From contig CAZFYA010000001.1 in the NCBI GenBank assembly GCA_964523705.1, positions 185,420 to 249,419 of the forward strand: a stretch of DNA of 64,000 nt. Reading direction: 5' to 3'. Shown in pieces: positions 38,225-47,511 of the stretch. The translations under genes were made by a program, and so were the position numbers. The notes beneath the pieces are model-generated. The model did not search any database. It was not told where the DNA came from and saw nothing but the letters and a program-made list of their open reading frames with translations. Numbering within the stretch: the stretch's first letter is position 1; every line of letters begins with the position of its first letter. The DNA is from an uncultured Gammaproteobacteria bacterium (lineage in GTDB: Bacteria > Patescibacteriota > Microgenomatia > Levybacterales > UBA12049).

Positions 38225-38848
38225 ATGCAATTACTTAAAAAAGATTGGCTTAAAAACTTACAGAAAAATAAATACTTACAGCTTTTACCTGATTTTAAAG
38301 AAGAAAAAAATAAAAGATTTATTACCCTTGCCTTAACGTTGTTTGCTCTTTGTTTCTTTGGGCTTTTTGCAATAGGTCCTACTTTATCAACTATTTCTAA
38401 GCTTCAAAAGGAATTAAAAGATAATCAAAAAATAGAAGATCAATTAAAACAAAAAATTAATAATCTTTCTATACTTCAGGATAAATATGCCAATCTTCAA
38501 GGAGATTTACCTGATGTTTACGCTGCTGTTCCTAAAACCCCTGAAACCGCAGTACTTATGGGTCAAATTGAAGCACTTGCAAGAAATAGCGGTGTAAATA
38601 TAACCAGCGCACAGACTCTTCAAGTTGAGGCGGTATCTGAAAGCAAAACTACTAAGAAAAATTCAAGCTTTAATTTTAGTATAGCTATTGAAGGAGATTA
38701 TGCTAATATTGCTAAATTTATAAACTCTTTAACTAATATGCAAAGAATTGTCTCGCTTGATGTAATAACAATTAATAATGTTACCAGTCGTCAAAAAGGA
38801 AACATTTTAAAATTAAGTATAAAAGGGACAGCGTATTTTAAAAGTTAA
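38225..38848 (+). CDS. Type IV pilus assembly protein PilO-like
   Basis: Short cytoplasmic N-terminus, one TM helix, coiled coil (LQKELKDNQKIEDQLKQKINNLS), 207 aa. It starts 2 nt after the pilN-like gene. Confidence 0.45.
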   Translation: MQLLKKDWLKNLQKNKYLQLLPDFKEEKNKRFITLALTLFALCFFGLFAIGPTLSTISKLQKELKDNQKIEDQLKQKINNLSILQDKYANLQGDLPDVYAAVPKTPETAVLMGQIEALARNSGVNITSAQTLQVEAVSESKTTKKNSSFNFSIAIEGDYANIAKFINSLTNMQRIVSLDVITINNVTSRQKGNILKLSIKGTAYFKS

Positions 38849-38849
38849 T

Positions 38850-39167
38850 ATGAAACAAAAGGATATTATTTTTATTTTAGGTTCATCGTTTTTTGTAATT
38901 TTTGCCTGGATTGTTTTTAATATTTATCATGGTTCAGTACAGTCAACTATTCCTGAAAAAACAATTCGAAAAATTACTCCAATAAAAGCGGAGTTTGATT
39001 TAAAAACTGTTGAGAATATAAAAGGAAGAAATAAGATAGAACCCTTGTATAATATAACGAGTGAACCATCTAGCCCTTCAACAACCCCAAGTGCTATTCC
39101 TACTCCAACAATTGGGCAACAAACAGAAGAAGGTCAAGCTTCAGCGGGAGGAGCGCTATCGCTGTGA
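38850..39167 (+). CDS. Small membrane-anchored Pro/Thr/Ser-rich protein (PilP-like position)
   Basis: One TM helix; C-terminus SEPSSPSTTPSAIPTPTIGQQTEEGQ. Confidence 0.35.
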   Translation: MKQKDIIFILGSSFFVIFAWIVFNIYHGSVQSTIPEKTIRKITPIKAEFDLKTVENIKGRNKIEPLYNITSEPSSPSTTPSAIPTPTIGQQTEEGQASAGGALSL

Positions 39168-40624
39168 AAAAAGGTTTTTGGAATAAAAGAATACCAACTA
39201 TTTTAGGGCTGCTTCTTATAACAATTGGAATTGGAGTAACATCGTACTTTGTTAATCAGGGAGTTTTTTACATTATAAAAGCAACTCCAACTGACAATCC
39301 TCAAGAGGTTAGAATCACCAATATTACCGACTCAACTGCAACTGTTTCTTTTTCAACAAACGGAGAAGCAATTGGCTCTATAAATCTTGGTGAAAACAAG
39401 GAGGCTTTGCAAAAAATTCTTGATGATAAAGACCAAGCTTCAGGAGAAATTAATCCAAAAAAAATTCATAGTATTACAGCTAGAAACTTAAAACCTCAAA
39501 CAAAATATTATTTTTCAATTACCAGCGGTGAGGAAACTTATTTAAATGAAGAGTCTTTTTATGAACTAACCACAGGAGCAGAAATTATTAGTGAACCACC
39601 AAAACAAGAACCAATTACCGGAAAAATTCTTTTACCAGATGGTGAGAAACCAAATGAAGCAATTATTTATGCAACCATAAATGACGCACAAATAATTTCA
39701 ACCGTTGTAAAAGAGGACGGAACATATATTCTTCCTCTTAATTCATTAAGAAACAAAGATTTGTCTTCATATTTTGAATTTAAAGAAAATACAAATATAA
39801 AAATGACTATTACAGGAGACGGTTACTCATCAAATGTTTTACTTTCTATTGGACAAATTAATCCTGTTCCGCCAATTACTCTTTCAAAAGATTATGATTT
39901 CACAACCAGTCTTGAACCTGAAGCATCTTCTTCTGCAAAACTTGAAAAACTCCCTTCATTTCCAGCAAGCTCTACTGGTAAAAGTGTCACTTCTTCTCTT
40001 TCAATAACCTCGCCTGAAGATGATCAAACTTTTTCCGATTTAAAACCTGAATTTAAAGGAAAAGCACTGCCTGATGAAAAAGTTAAAATAATTATAAATT
40101 CTGAAAATCAAATCGAAACAGAAGTAACTACTGATAAATATGGAAATTGGTCTTATCGACCGGATATTGAATTATCACCCGGAGAACATACGATTACTAT
40201 AATTTCAACAGATACTCAAGGAATCCTTAGAACAATTACAAAATCTTTTACTGTTTATGCTTCAGGAAGTTTGTTTTCTGATACCTTATCCCCCACACCA
40301 ACAATAACTTCTTCAATTACACCAACTATTACCCAATCACCAACTATTACACCAACTCCAACAACAGAGCCGGAAACTACTATTAGCCCAACTATTACCA
40401 TTACTCCAACAATTGCTCTTTCGCCTACAATTACTCCCGCGCCCACTCAAATTGTTATTCAAACTCCTACTCCAACTGTAATAAACGCTACTCCTTCTGC
40501 AATTCCGGCTCCGCCTGATGTAGGAAGCTCTTCCTTGCTAAATCTTTTAATTATTGGTATAACAACAACAATTCTGGGCGTAATTTTACTTCTATTAAGC
40601 CGCGGAAGCATGTCATTCTTATGA
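39164..40624 (+). CDS. Cell-surface protein with fibronectin-III-like and Ig-like domains, Thr/Pro/Ile-rich linker and C-terminal TM anchor
   Basis: N-terminal TM, VRITNITDSTATVSFSTNGEA, KGKALPDEKVKIII (Big-like), TPTITSSITPTITQSPTITPTPTTEPETTISPTITITPTIALSPTITPAPT, and a C-terminal hydrophobic helix. Confidence 0.5.
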   Translation: MKKGFWNKRIPTILGLLLITIGIGVTSYFVNQGVFYIIKATPTDNPQEVRITNITDSTATVSFSTNGEAIGSINLGENKEALQKILDDKDQASGEINPKKIHSITARNLKPQTKYYFSITSGEETYLNEESFYELTTGAEIISEPPKQEPITGKILLPDGEKPNEAIIYATINDAQIISTVVKEDGTYILPLNSLRNKDLSSYFEFKENTNIKMTITGDGYSSNVLLSIGQINPVPPITLSKDYDFTTSLEPEASSSAKLEKLPSFPASSTGKSVTSSLSITSPEDDQTFSDLKPEFKGKALPDEKVKIIINSENQIETEVTTDKYGNWSYRPDIELSPGEHTITIISTDTQGILRTITKSFTVYASGSLFSDTLSPTPTITSSITPTITQSPTITPTPTTEPETTISPTITITPTIALSPTITPAPTQIVIQTPTPTVINATPSAIPAPPDVGSSSLLNLLIIGITTTILGVILLLLSRGSMSFL

Positions 40625-41901
40625 GAATTGCAGTTTTAGGCGCAGGTTTTACAGGACTTTCAGCTGCTTATGAACTTACTAAAAGCGGTCATGAAGTTGT
40701 GCTTTTTGAAAAAAAATCTTTCCTGGGTGGACTTGCTTCAGGTTTTAAAGAAAGCAATTGGCAATGGCCATTAGAAAAATACTATCACCATTGTTTTGCA
40801 AATGATGACTCAATTCTTAAATTAGCAAAAGAGATTAACTTTCAGTTTTTAAAAACTAGACCAAAAACCTCAACGTATATAAAGGGGAAGTCATACCAGT
40901 TAGACTCTCCCTTAACGCTTTTATTTTTCCCACTACTTTCAATTTCACAAAGGCTTCGAATGGGCTTTGTAATTTTATACTTAAAATTAAATTCTAATTG
41001 GAAAAATTTAGAAAAAACAAAAGCCTCTGAATTTTTACCAAAGTTTATGGGCAAAAAAGCTTATAAAATGGTATGGGAACCTCTTTTTAAAAATAAATTT
41101 GGTGTTTATGCAAAAGAGATATCTTTAACCTGGTTTTGGGCCAGAATAAAAAAAAGAACTTCCTTTTTAACTTATCCTAAGGGAGGATTTCAAAACTTTA
41201 TTAATCACCTTTCTTCTGAAATTAAAAAAAACAAAGGTATTGTTTTTTTAGAAAATGAAGTCATTGAAATAAAGGAAAATAAAAAAGTATTGATTAAAGT
41301 AAAAGATAAATCTAGAAGGCAAAAAAATTATGAATTTGACAAGGTAATTTGCACAATTCCCTCAAGATCTTTTCTTAAAATTTCTACCTCATTACCAAAA
41401 GCTTATAAAGAGAAAATTTTAAAATTTAAGTATTTATGCGTACATAATCTCATTTTAAGACTAAAAAAACCATTATTAAAAAATGGTGTTTATTGGTTAA
41501 ATATTTGTGATTCAAAATCTCCAATTACTGGAATTGTTGAGCACACAAATTTTATAGATAAGAAGCACTATAATAATGAGCATATTGTCTACTTATTAAA
41601 CTATCTTAAAAAAGATGATAAAAAATATCAGATGGATGAAGAATTACTTCTTAAATTTTATGATCCATATTTAAAAAAAATAAAAAAAGACTATAAAAAT
41701 GATTTAATTAATACAAAATTATTTAAAGATGAGTTTGTGCAAACGATAATTTCTACAAATTATTCAAAAAATATCTTGCCATTCAAAACTCCTTTTAAGA
41801 ATGTTTTTTTGGCAAACATGGATCAAGTTTATCCTTGGGATAGAGGTACAAATTACGCAGTTGAGTTAGGAAAAAAAGTTGCAAAAATTTGCTGTGAATA
41901 A
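40621..41901 (+). CDS. FAD/NAD(P)-binding oxidoreductase (amine-oxidase / UDP-galactopyranose-mutase-like Rossmann fold)
   Basis: MRIAVLGAGFTGLSAAYELTKSGHEVVLFEKKSFLGGLASGF gives a dinucleotide-binding GxGxxG...E...GG pattern. Confidence 0.55.
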   Translation: MRIAVLGAGFTGLSAAYELTKSGHEVVLFEKKSFLGGLASGFKESNWQWPLEKYYHHCFANDDSILKLAKEINFQFLKTRPKTSTYIKGKSYQLDSPLTLLFFPLLSISQRLRMGFVILYLKLNSNWKNLEKTKASEFLPKFMGKKAYKMVWEPLFKNKFGVYAKEISLTWFWARIKKRTSFLTYPKGGFQNFINHLSSEIKKNKGIVFLENEVIEIKENKKVLIKVKDKSRRQKNYEFDKVICTIPSRSFLKISTSLPKAYKEKILKFKYLCVHNLILRLKKPLLKNGVYWLNICDSKSPITGIVEHTNFIDKKHYNNEHIVYLLNYLKKDDKKYQMDEELLLKFYDPYLKKIKKDYKNDLINTKLFKDEFVQTIISTNYSKNILPFKTPFKNVFLANMDQVYPWDRGTNYAVELGKKVAKICCE

Positions 41902-43549
41902 TTTATTTAAAAAATTATTAAAAATTATTAAAAAAAATAAAGTTGAAACTGTTCTTTTATTATTCTCATTAATTTTTAGCTCCTGGTTAATGTTTTCTTC
42001 TTTTTCCTATAAAGATGGCTCAATGTTGATATCAACTAAATCCTGGAGTGATTTTGCAAGTCATATTCCGCTTATTCGCTCTTTTTCTTTTGGCTGTAAT
42101 TTCTTACTACCTGAGTACCCACTTTTTTCAGGGGAACCAATTAGATATCATTTTCTTTTTTATTTATTTTCCGGACTCTTAGAAAAAATGGGTCTTAGAA
42201 TTGATTATGCTTTAAATATCCCCTCAATTATTGGTTTTTTAGGATTAATAATAGCTATCTATTTACTTGCTAAGCTTATTTTTAAATCAAAAGCTGTTGG
42301 AGTTTTAAGCGCTTTATTTTTTCTTTTTAATGGAAGCTTAAGTTTTATTTATTTTTTTAAAAACCATCTTCCTTTTTCAAATAATATTTTACTTGATATT
42401 ATTTCTAATAAAAACTTCTCCTCTTTTGCTCCCTACTATGGAGATGGCATAGTTTCTGCTTTTTGGAATTTAAACATTTATACAAACCAAAGACATTTAG
42501 CGTTTTCTTACGCCCTGTCGTTATTTTTAATTTATGTCTTGCTTAAAAAAATCTTAAATAATAAAAAGATTTCACTAAAACTTAGCATTACTCTTGGATT
42601 TGTTTTGGGAATTTCTTTCCTTTTGAATATGGCCGTATACGCCATGACATTGCTAATAGCAATTATCTTTTTAGTGTTGTTTAAAAAAAATCGAAGCTCA
42701 TTATTAACTTTTATTATTACCGGAGGAGTTATCGCCCTACCTTTTTATTTATATTTACAATCAAACTCTTTTTCCTCAAGCTTTATATTTAATCCTGGTT
42801 ATTTAATCTCTGATAATTTAAGCTTTTATTCAATTTTTCATTATTGGTTTTATAATCTAGGCTTCCATATTATTTTAATTCCACTTGGATTCTTAATTGC
42901 TTCAAAACCACAAAGAAAAATATTTTTATCTTTTTTTATCTTATTTATACTCGCTAATTTTTTTCAATTTTCAGTTGAAATGGCTGCTAATCATAAATTT
43001 ATTAATTTTTTTATGATTATCGGCGCTATGTTTTCATCATATTTTTTAGTATGGCTTTGGAAAAAAAGAAAAGCTTTAAAACCAATTGTCTTAATTTTTG
43101 TTTTTCTTTTAATCTTTTCAGGAATAATTGACTTTTTCCCAATTTATAATGATGGGAAAATTAAATTGGCTGATTATCCAATTAACAAAGATATAAATTG
43201 GATTATGAAAAATACCAAAAGTAAAGATGTTTTTCTTAATTCTTCCTATTTATATAATCCTGCCTCTCTTGCCGGAAGAAAAATATTTTTAGGCTGGCCC
43301 TACTTTGCTTGGTCACAGGGTTATGACACAACTAAAAGAGATGGAATTAGAAAAGAAATTTTAGAAGGTTCAAATCTTAATGATGTGTGTACAAAATTAA
43401 AAAAGTATAATTTAAAATACATTGAATTTATTAAAGATAACGATAGTAAAAATTTTAATTTTGGCTTTTTTGACTCAAACTTTGAAAAGGTTTATGAAAA
43501 TAATTTAAATCAATATTATATTTATGAAATTAGTAGCTCTTGTAAATAA
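41879..43549 (+). CDS. 556-aa polytopic membrane protein, GT-C-fold glycosyltransferase-like
   Basis: About 12 TM helices and a hydrophilic C-terminal domain. It overlaps the preceding gene by 23 nt. Confidence 0.4.
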   Translation: MQKFAVNNLFKKLLKIIKKNKVETVLLLFSLIFSSWLMFSSFSYKDGSMLISTKSWSDFASHIPLIRSFSFGCNFLLPEYPLFSGEPIRYHFLFYLFSGLLEKMGLRIDYALNIPSIIGFLGLIIAIYLLAKLIFKSKAVGVLSALFFLFNGSLSFIYFFKNHLPFSNNILLDIISNKNFSSFAPYYGDGIVSAFWNLNIYTNQRHLAFSYALSLFLIYVLLKKILNNKKISLKLSITLGFVLGISFLLNMAVYAMTLLIAIIFLVLFKKNRSSLLTFIITGGVIALPFYLYLQSNSFSSSFIFNPGYLISDNLSFYSIFHYWFYNLGFHIILIPLGFLIASKPQRKIFLSFFILFILANFFQFSVEMAANHKFINFFMIIGAMFSSYFLVWLWKKRKALKPIVLIFVFLLIFSGIIDFFPIYNDGKIKLADYPINKDINWIMKNTKSKDVFLNSSYLYNPASLAGRKIFLGWPYFAWSQGYDTTKRDGIRKEILEGSNLNDVCTKLKKYNLKYIEFIKDNDSKNFNFGFFDSNFEKVYENNLNQYYIYEISSSCK

Positions 43550-43569
43550 AGTGTTTAAAAAGTAATATA

Positions 43570-45762
43570 ATGCAGTTTATGTTATCTGATTTATCTTATA
43601 TTTTTCTTTGGTGGATAATAATTTTTATTAGCGGTATTATTTTTTTACCCCTAACTACTTCTATTTTTAAAAGTTTTTTTGATAAGGGTTATGTTTTTTC
43701 TAAAATTTTAAGCATAATAATAATTTCCTACGCTTTATTGGTCCTTGGAACAATAAAAATTCTACTATTTACACAAATTGGTATTATTTTTCTTTTAATT
43801 GTTGCTTTTGTTGCAAATTATTTTTTTGTTATAAAAAATAAAAAAGCTCTTACAGTAAAAATAATTGGGAAGTTTTTTAAGACTTTTTTAAAACCAAATT
43901 GGAAAATTTATTTAATCGAAGAGGTTCTTTTTTTAGCTACATTTGTTTTTTGGTCATACGTAAAAATGTTTCAGCCAAGTATTAATGGGCTTGAGAAGTT
44001 CATGGATTTTGGCATAATAAATTCTATTTTAAGAACTGATTATTTTCCTGCAAAAGATATTTGGTTTACTCCGTTAAATATTAACTACTATTACTTTGGC
44101 CATTTAACAACTGCCATGTTAACAAAACTCTCATCAATTCCCTCAAGTATTACTTTTAACTTAATGCAAGCATTGATCTTTGCTTTTTGTTTTGTATCTT
44201 CTTTTTCTATCGGGTCAAATTTATATTTTTTAACCAAAGATAAGCTTAAAAAGAAAATAAGTTATCTTCGCTTAATAATTGCAGGTTTATTAACTTCTTT
44301 TCTGGTAACTCTTTCGGGAAACTTACATATTCTTTATTCATTTTTTAAAGCTTATCCAAACGAAAGCCCAGTTCCCTTATGGCAACTTGCCTTTTTACCT
44401 TTTTCTTTTCCTAATTCATATTGGTACCCAAATGCAACCAGATTTATCTACAACACTATTCATGAATTTCCAATGTACTCTTGGGTAGTATCTGATTTAC
44501 ATGGTCATGTTTTAGATATTCCTTTTGTGCTTTTAACAATTGCAGTTTTACTACTAATTACTGTAAGCAAAAAATTAAATATCATAAAAATTATTTTACT
44601 TTCGTTTTTAACTTCTGTCCTTTATATGACAAATGCCTGGGATGGAATAATCTATTTAATTCTTTCAATAATTTTAATTTTTTATATTACTTTTTCCAAC
44701 AAAAAAACTAAAGAAAATAGATTTTATAAAGCTGGGTTTTTCTCTATAATACTTTTTCTTGGTTATTTTATTTTTTCCCTTCCTTTTAATTTGTTTTTTA
44801 AGCCCTTTGTTTCAGGAATTGGTCTTATCTGCTCACCAAAAGTCTTAGTAAATATTGAAAAAATTGGGCCTTTTTTATTTGAGGAGAATCATTGTCAAAG
44901 ATCACCTTTCTGGCAACTTTTAGTTCTGCATGGCTTTTTTTATTTTTGGGTAATTTCTTTTTTTATATTTTTATTTAGAAAAATTAAACAAAAAGTTTTT
45001 AACTTTTTAGAGGTAGATAAATTTATCATTATTTTAATAATATTTTCCACCATTTTAATTATTGTTCCCGAGTTTTTATACATGAAAGATATTTATCCGG
45101 CGCATTACAGAGCAAATACAATGTTTAAACTTGTTTACCAAGCATTTATTATGCTTTCAATTTGTTCTTCTTATATTGTTATTCGTGTCTTTTCAGGGCT
45201 TAGAAAAAGCCTGGATAGTTTTATAAAGCGAATTTTATTTATATTTTATTTTATTGTTTCCTTGTGCTTAATATCTGTTGTTTTAATCTATCCCTATCTT
45301 TCAATCACCTCATATTATGGCAATTTTACAAACATACAGGAACTTAACGGAATTAAATACTTAAAAAGTTCTTATCCAGATGACTATAATGCAATTCTCT
45401 ATTTAAACAAAAATATAAAAAACCAAATTGTGATTTTGGAAGCACAAGGAGATTCCTATACAGATTATGCTCGGGTTTCTTCAAACACCGGTCTTTCAAC
45501 AATTTTAGGTTGGACTGTTCATGAGTGGCTTTGGAGAGGAACTTATGATATACCGGCTCCAAGAATTAATGAAGTTAAAACGCTTTATGAAACAAATGAT
45601 TTAACAAAAACAAAAGAATTGATAAAAAAATATGATATAGAACTGGTTTTTATTGGAAGCTTGGAAAGGGAGAAATATAAAGAAATCAATGAGGAAAAAT
45701 TTGAAACAATTGGAGAAATTATTTACCAAAGTAATGACACAAAAATATATAAAATAAATTAA
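43570..45762 (+). CDS. 730-aa polytopic membrane protein, GT-C-fold glycosyltransferase-like (YfhO/DUF2298-like)
   Basis: At least 14 TM helices, a loop motif HEFPMYSWVVSDLHGHVLDIP, and a C-terminal soluble domain. Confidence 0.4.
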   Translation: MQFMLSDLSYIFLWWIIIFISGIIFLPLTTSIFKSFFDKGYVFSKILSIIIISYALLVLGTIKILLFTQIGIIFLLIVAFVANYFFVIKNKKALTVKIIGKFFKTFLKPNWKIYLIEEVLFLATFVFWSYVKMFQPSINGLEKFMDFGIINSILRTDYFPAKDIWFTPLNINYYYFGHLTTAMLTKLSSIPSSITFNLMQALIFAFCFVSSFSIGSNLYFLTKDKLKKKISYLRLIIAGLLTSFLVTLSGNLHILYSFFKAYPNESPVPLWQLAFLPFSFPNSYWYPNATRFIYNTIHEFPMYSWVVSDLHGHVLDIPFVLLTIAVLLLITVSKKLNIIKIILLSFLTSVLYMTNAWDGIIYLILSIILIFYITFSNKKTKENRFYKAGFFSIILFLGYFIFSLPFNLFFKPFVSGIGLICSPKVLVNIEKIGPFLFEENHCQRSPFWQLLVLHGFFYFWVISFFIFLFRKIKQKVFNFLEVDKFIIILIIFSTILIIVPEFLYMKDIYPAHYRANTMFKLVYQAFIMLSICSSYIVIRVFSGLRKSLDSFIKRILFIFYFIVSLCLISVVLIYPYLSITSYYGNFTNIQELNGIKYLKSSYPDDYNAILYLNKNIKNQIVILEAQGDSYTDYARVSSNTGLSTILGWTVHEWLWRGTYDIPAPRINEVKTLYETNDLTKTKELIKKYDIELVFIGSLEREKYKEINEEKFETIGEIIYQSNDTKIYKIN

Positions 45763-46847
45763 GGATTTTTGGGAATCTTACAATCTCCTTTGGTAAGCTC
45801 ACAGTTTATATAATTTTTAATTTCTTCGTAATTACCATTTCCTGCTTTTGGAATAACTACCCATTTAAAATCGTATTCCTCACTTATTTCAGGATTTATT
45901 AAAAGTCCTTCTCTTTCTTTTGTTTCATCTCCTACATCAATTGCTATACTTATTATTTCTGCTTTTTGAAGTTTTTGCATAAGCCTTATAAAATCATCAA
46001 ACTCATCCTCTTTTATATTTGTATCTATGCTTTCTTTCAAAACATCATAAAGGTCTAAAAACTTTCCAGGGTTTAAAAACATCTGAAGAGAAAAAGCTTT
46101 ATCTTTAAACGCTTTTATTACTTTTTCCTGTCTTTTACTTCTGGCAAAATCAGAACCTTCATCTCCCTTAGCATGTCTTGACCTAACAAACTTTAAGGCT
46201 GTTGAACCATCCATATGTTGAATACCTTTATCAAAATGAATGTGTTCGTACCTACAAGGAAATGCTTCAAGTTGTGATGAAGCAGTAGCTAAGGCTTCTA
46301 ATTCTTCTTCCTCATGTCCACATGGATCGTTTTCCATGCCGTCAATGGGGTATTCATAATCATCAAAGGCTTTTTCAACATCTACATCAAGCCCCCCTAA
46401 TAAATCAACTGCCTGAACAAATCCTGAAAAATCAATTTTTAAAGTATAATCAATTGGTAAACCGGTAATTTTTTTTATAACTGCTTGAATAAGAGTTATT
46501 CCTCCTCCTTCTTTTTTCTCTTCACCATAAGTGTAGGCGGTGTTTATTCTTGCTCTTAAGTCAGGAACCCAAAAATCCCTTGGTAGAGAAATTAAAGTTA
46601 CTTTATCGTTTTGAGGACTTATACTGGCAACAATAATTGTATCTGTTAAGTTTGGTCCATCATGGTTTTCACCACCAACGCCTAAAAGAAGGATATTTAA
46701 TCTTTTATTTTCCGTTTTAACTTTTATATCTTTTTTAAAAGTAAGTTCATATAAAAAGGGGATAAAATTTGCGATTCTTAAGGCATTTCTACCAACAAAA
46801 ATAACAACTATTAATAAGATGATAACTGGAATTATTTTTTTATACAT
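45759..46847 (-). CDS. LytR-CpsA-Psr (LCP) family cell-wall glycopolymer phosphotransferase
   Basis: N-terminal TM. LNILLLGVGGENHDGPNLTDTIIVASISPQNDKVTLISLPRDFWVP. Confidence 0.8.
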   Translation of the reverse strand: MYKKIIPVIILLIVVIFVGRNALRIANFIPFLYELTFKKDIKVKTENKRLNILLLGVGGENHDGPNLTDTIIVASISPQNDKVTLISLPRDFWVPDLRARINTAYTYGEEKKEGGGITLIQAVIKKITGLPIDYTLKIDFSGFVQAVDLLGGLDVDVEKAFDDYEYPIDGMENDPCGHEEEELEALATASSQLEAFPCRYEHIHFDKGIQHMDGSTALKFVRSRHAKGDEGSDFARSKRQEKVIKAFKDKAFSLQMFLNPGKFLDLYDVLKESIDTNIKEDEFDDFIRLMQKLQKAEIISIAIDVGDETKEREGLLINPEISEEYDFKWVVIPKAGNGNYEEIKNYINCELTKGDCKIPKNP

Positions 46848-47511
46848 TGTTTATTATTTTAATAAATTCCCGGGGATCAAGACTTGCTCCTCCAACTAAC
46901 ACTCCGCTTATCATATCTTTTTTTGTAAAACTATTAACATTTTCCGAGTTAACACTTCCACCATAAATTACTTTTTCTACATTACTATTCTTTTCCATTA
47001 TTTTTTCTGCTACTTCATTAGCGTTTTTAGGAGTATCGGGTTTCCCGCTTCCGATTGCAAAAACAGGTTCATAAGCAACTATCTTTACCTCTTTTGGAAC
47101 AAAATCCTGTGCATCTTGAACGCAAAATATTGGTTTAAGACTATTTTTAATCGCCTTTTCTACTTTTTGCAAAAGAGCATCATCTTCTTCACCAAAGTTT
47201 TCTCTTCTTTCCGAATGACCAATAATGACAAATTCTGCAAATTCTCTAATTTGCTCCGCATTAATTTCTCCCGTATATGCTCCTTTATCAAACTGGGAAA
47301 CATTTTGTGCCCCTAGTTTAAATGGAAAATTATTTTTCTCCAAAGATGATTTAAAGCATGACAAAAGCGTAAAAGAGGGACAAATAATTATTTCTTTGTC
47401 TTTTAAACCCTCAAGCTCTTTCTTAAAATCAAAAACGTCTTTAAGCCAGTTATTGGCTTCTTTTTTTGTTTTGTTTGATTTCCAATTAGCTATAATTAAT
47501 AATTGCCCCAT
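46840..47511 (-). CDS. tpiA: Triosephosphate isomerase
   Basis: IIANWKSN, VIIGHSERR, AYEPVFAIGSG, GGSV. Confidence 0.85.
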   Translation of the reverse strand: MGQLLIIANWKSNKTKKEANNWLKDVFDFKKELEGLKDKEIIICPSFTLLSCFKSSLEKNNFPFKLGAQNVSQFDKGAYTGEINAEQIREFAEFVIIGHSERRENFGEEDDALLQKVEKAIKNSLKPIFCVQDAQDFVPKEVKIVAYEPVFAIGSGKPDTPKNANEVAEKIMEKNSNVEKVIYGGSVNSENVNSFTKKDMISGVLVGGASLDPREFIKIINNV

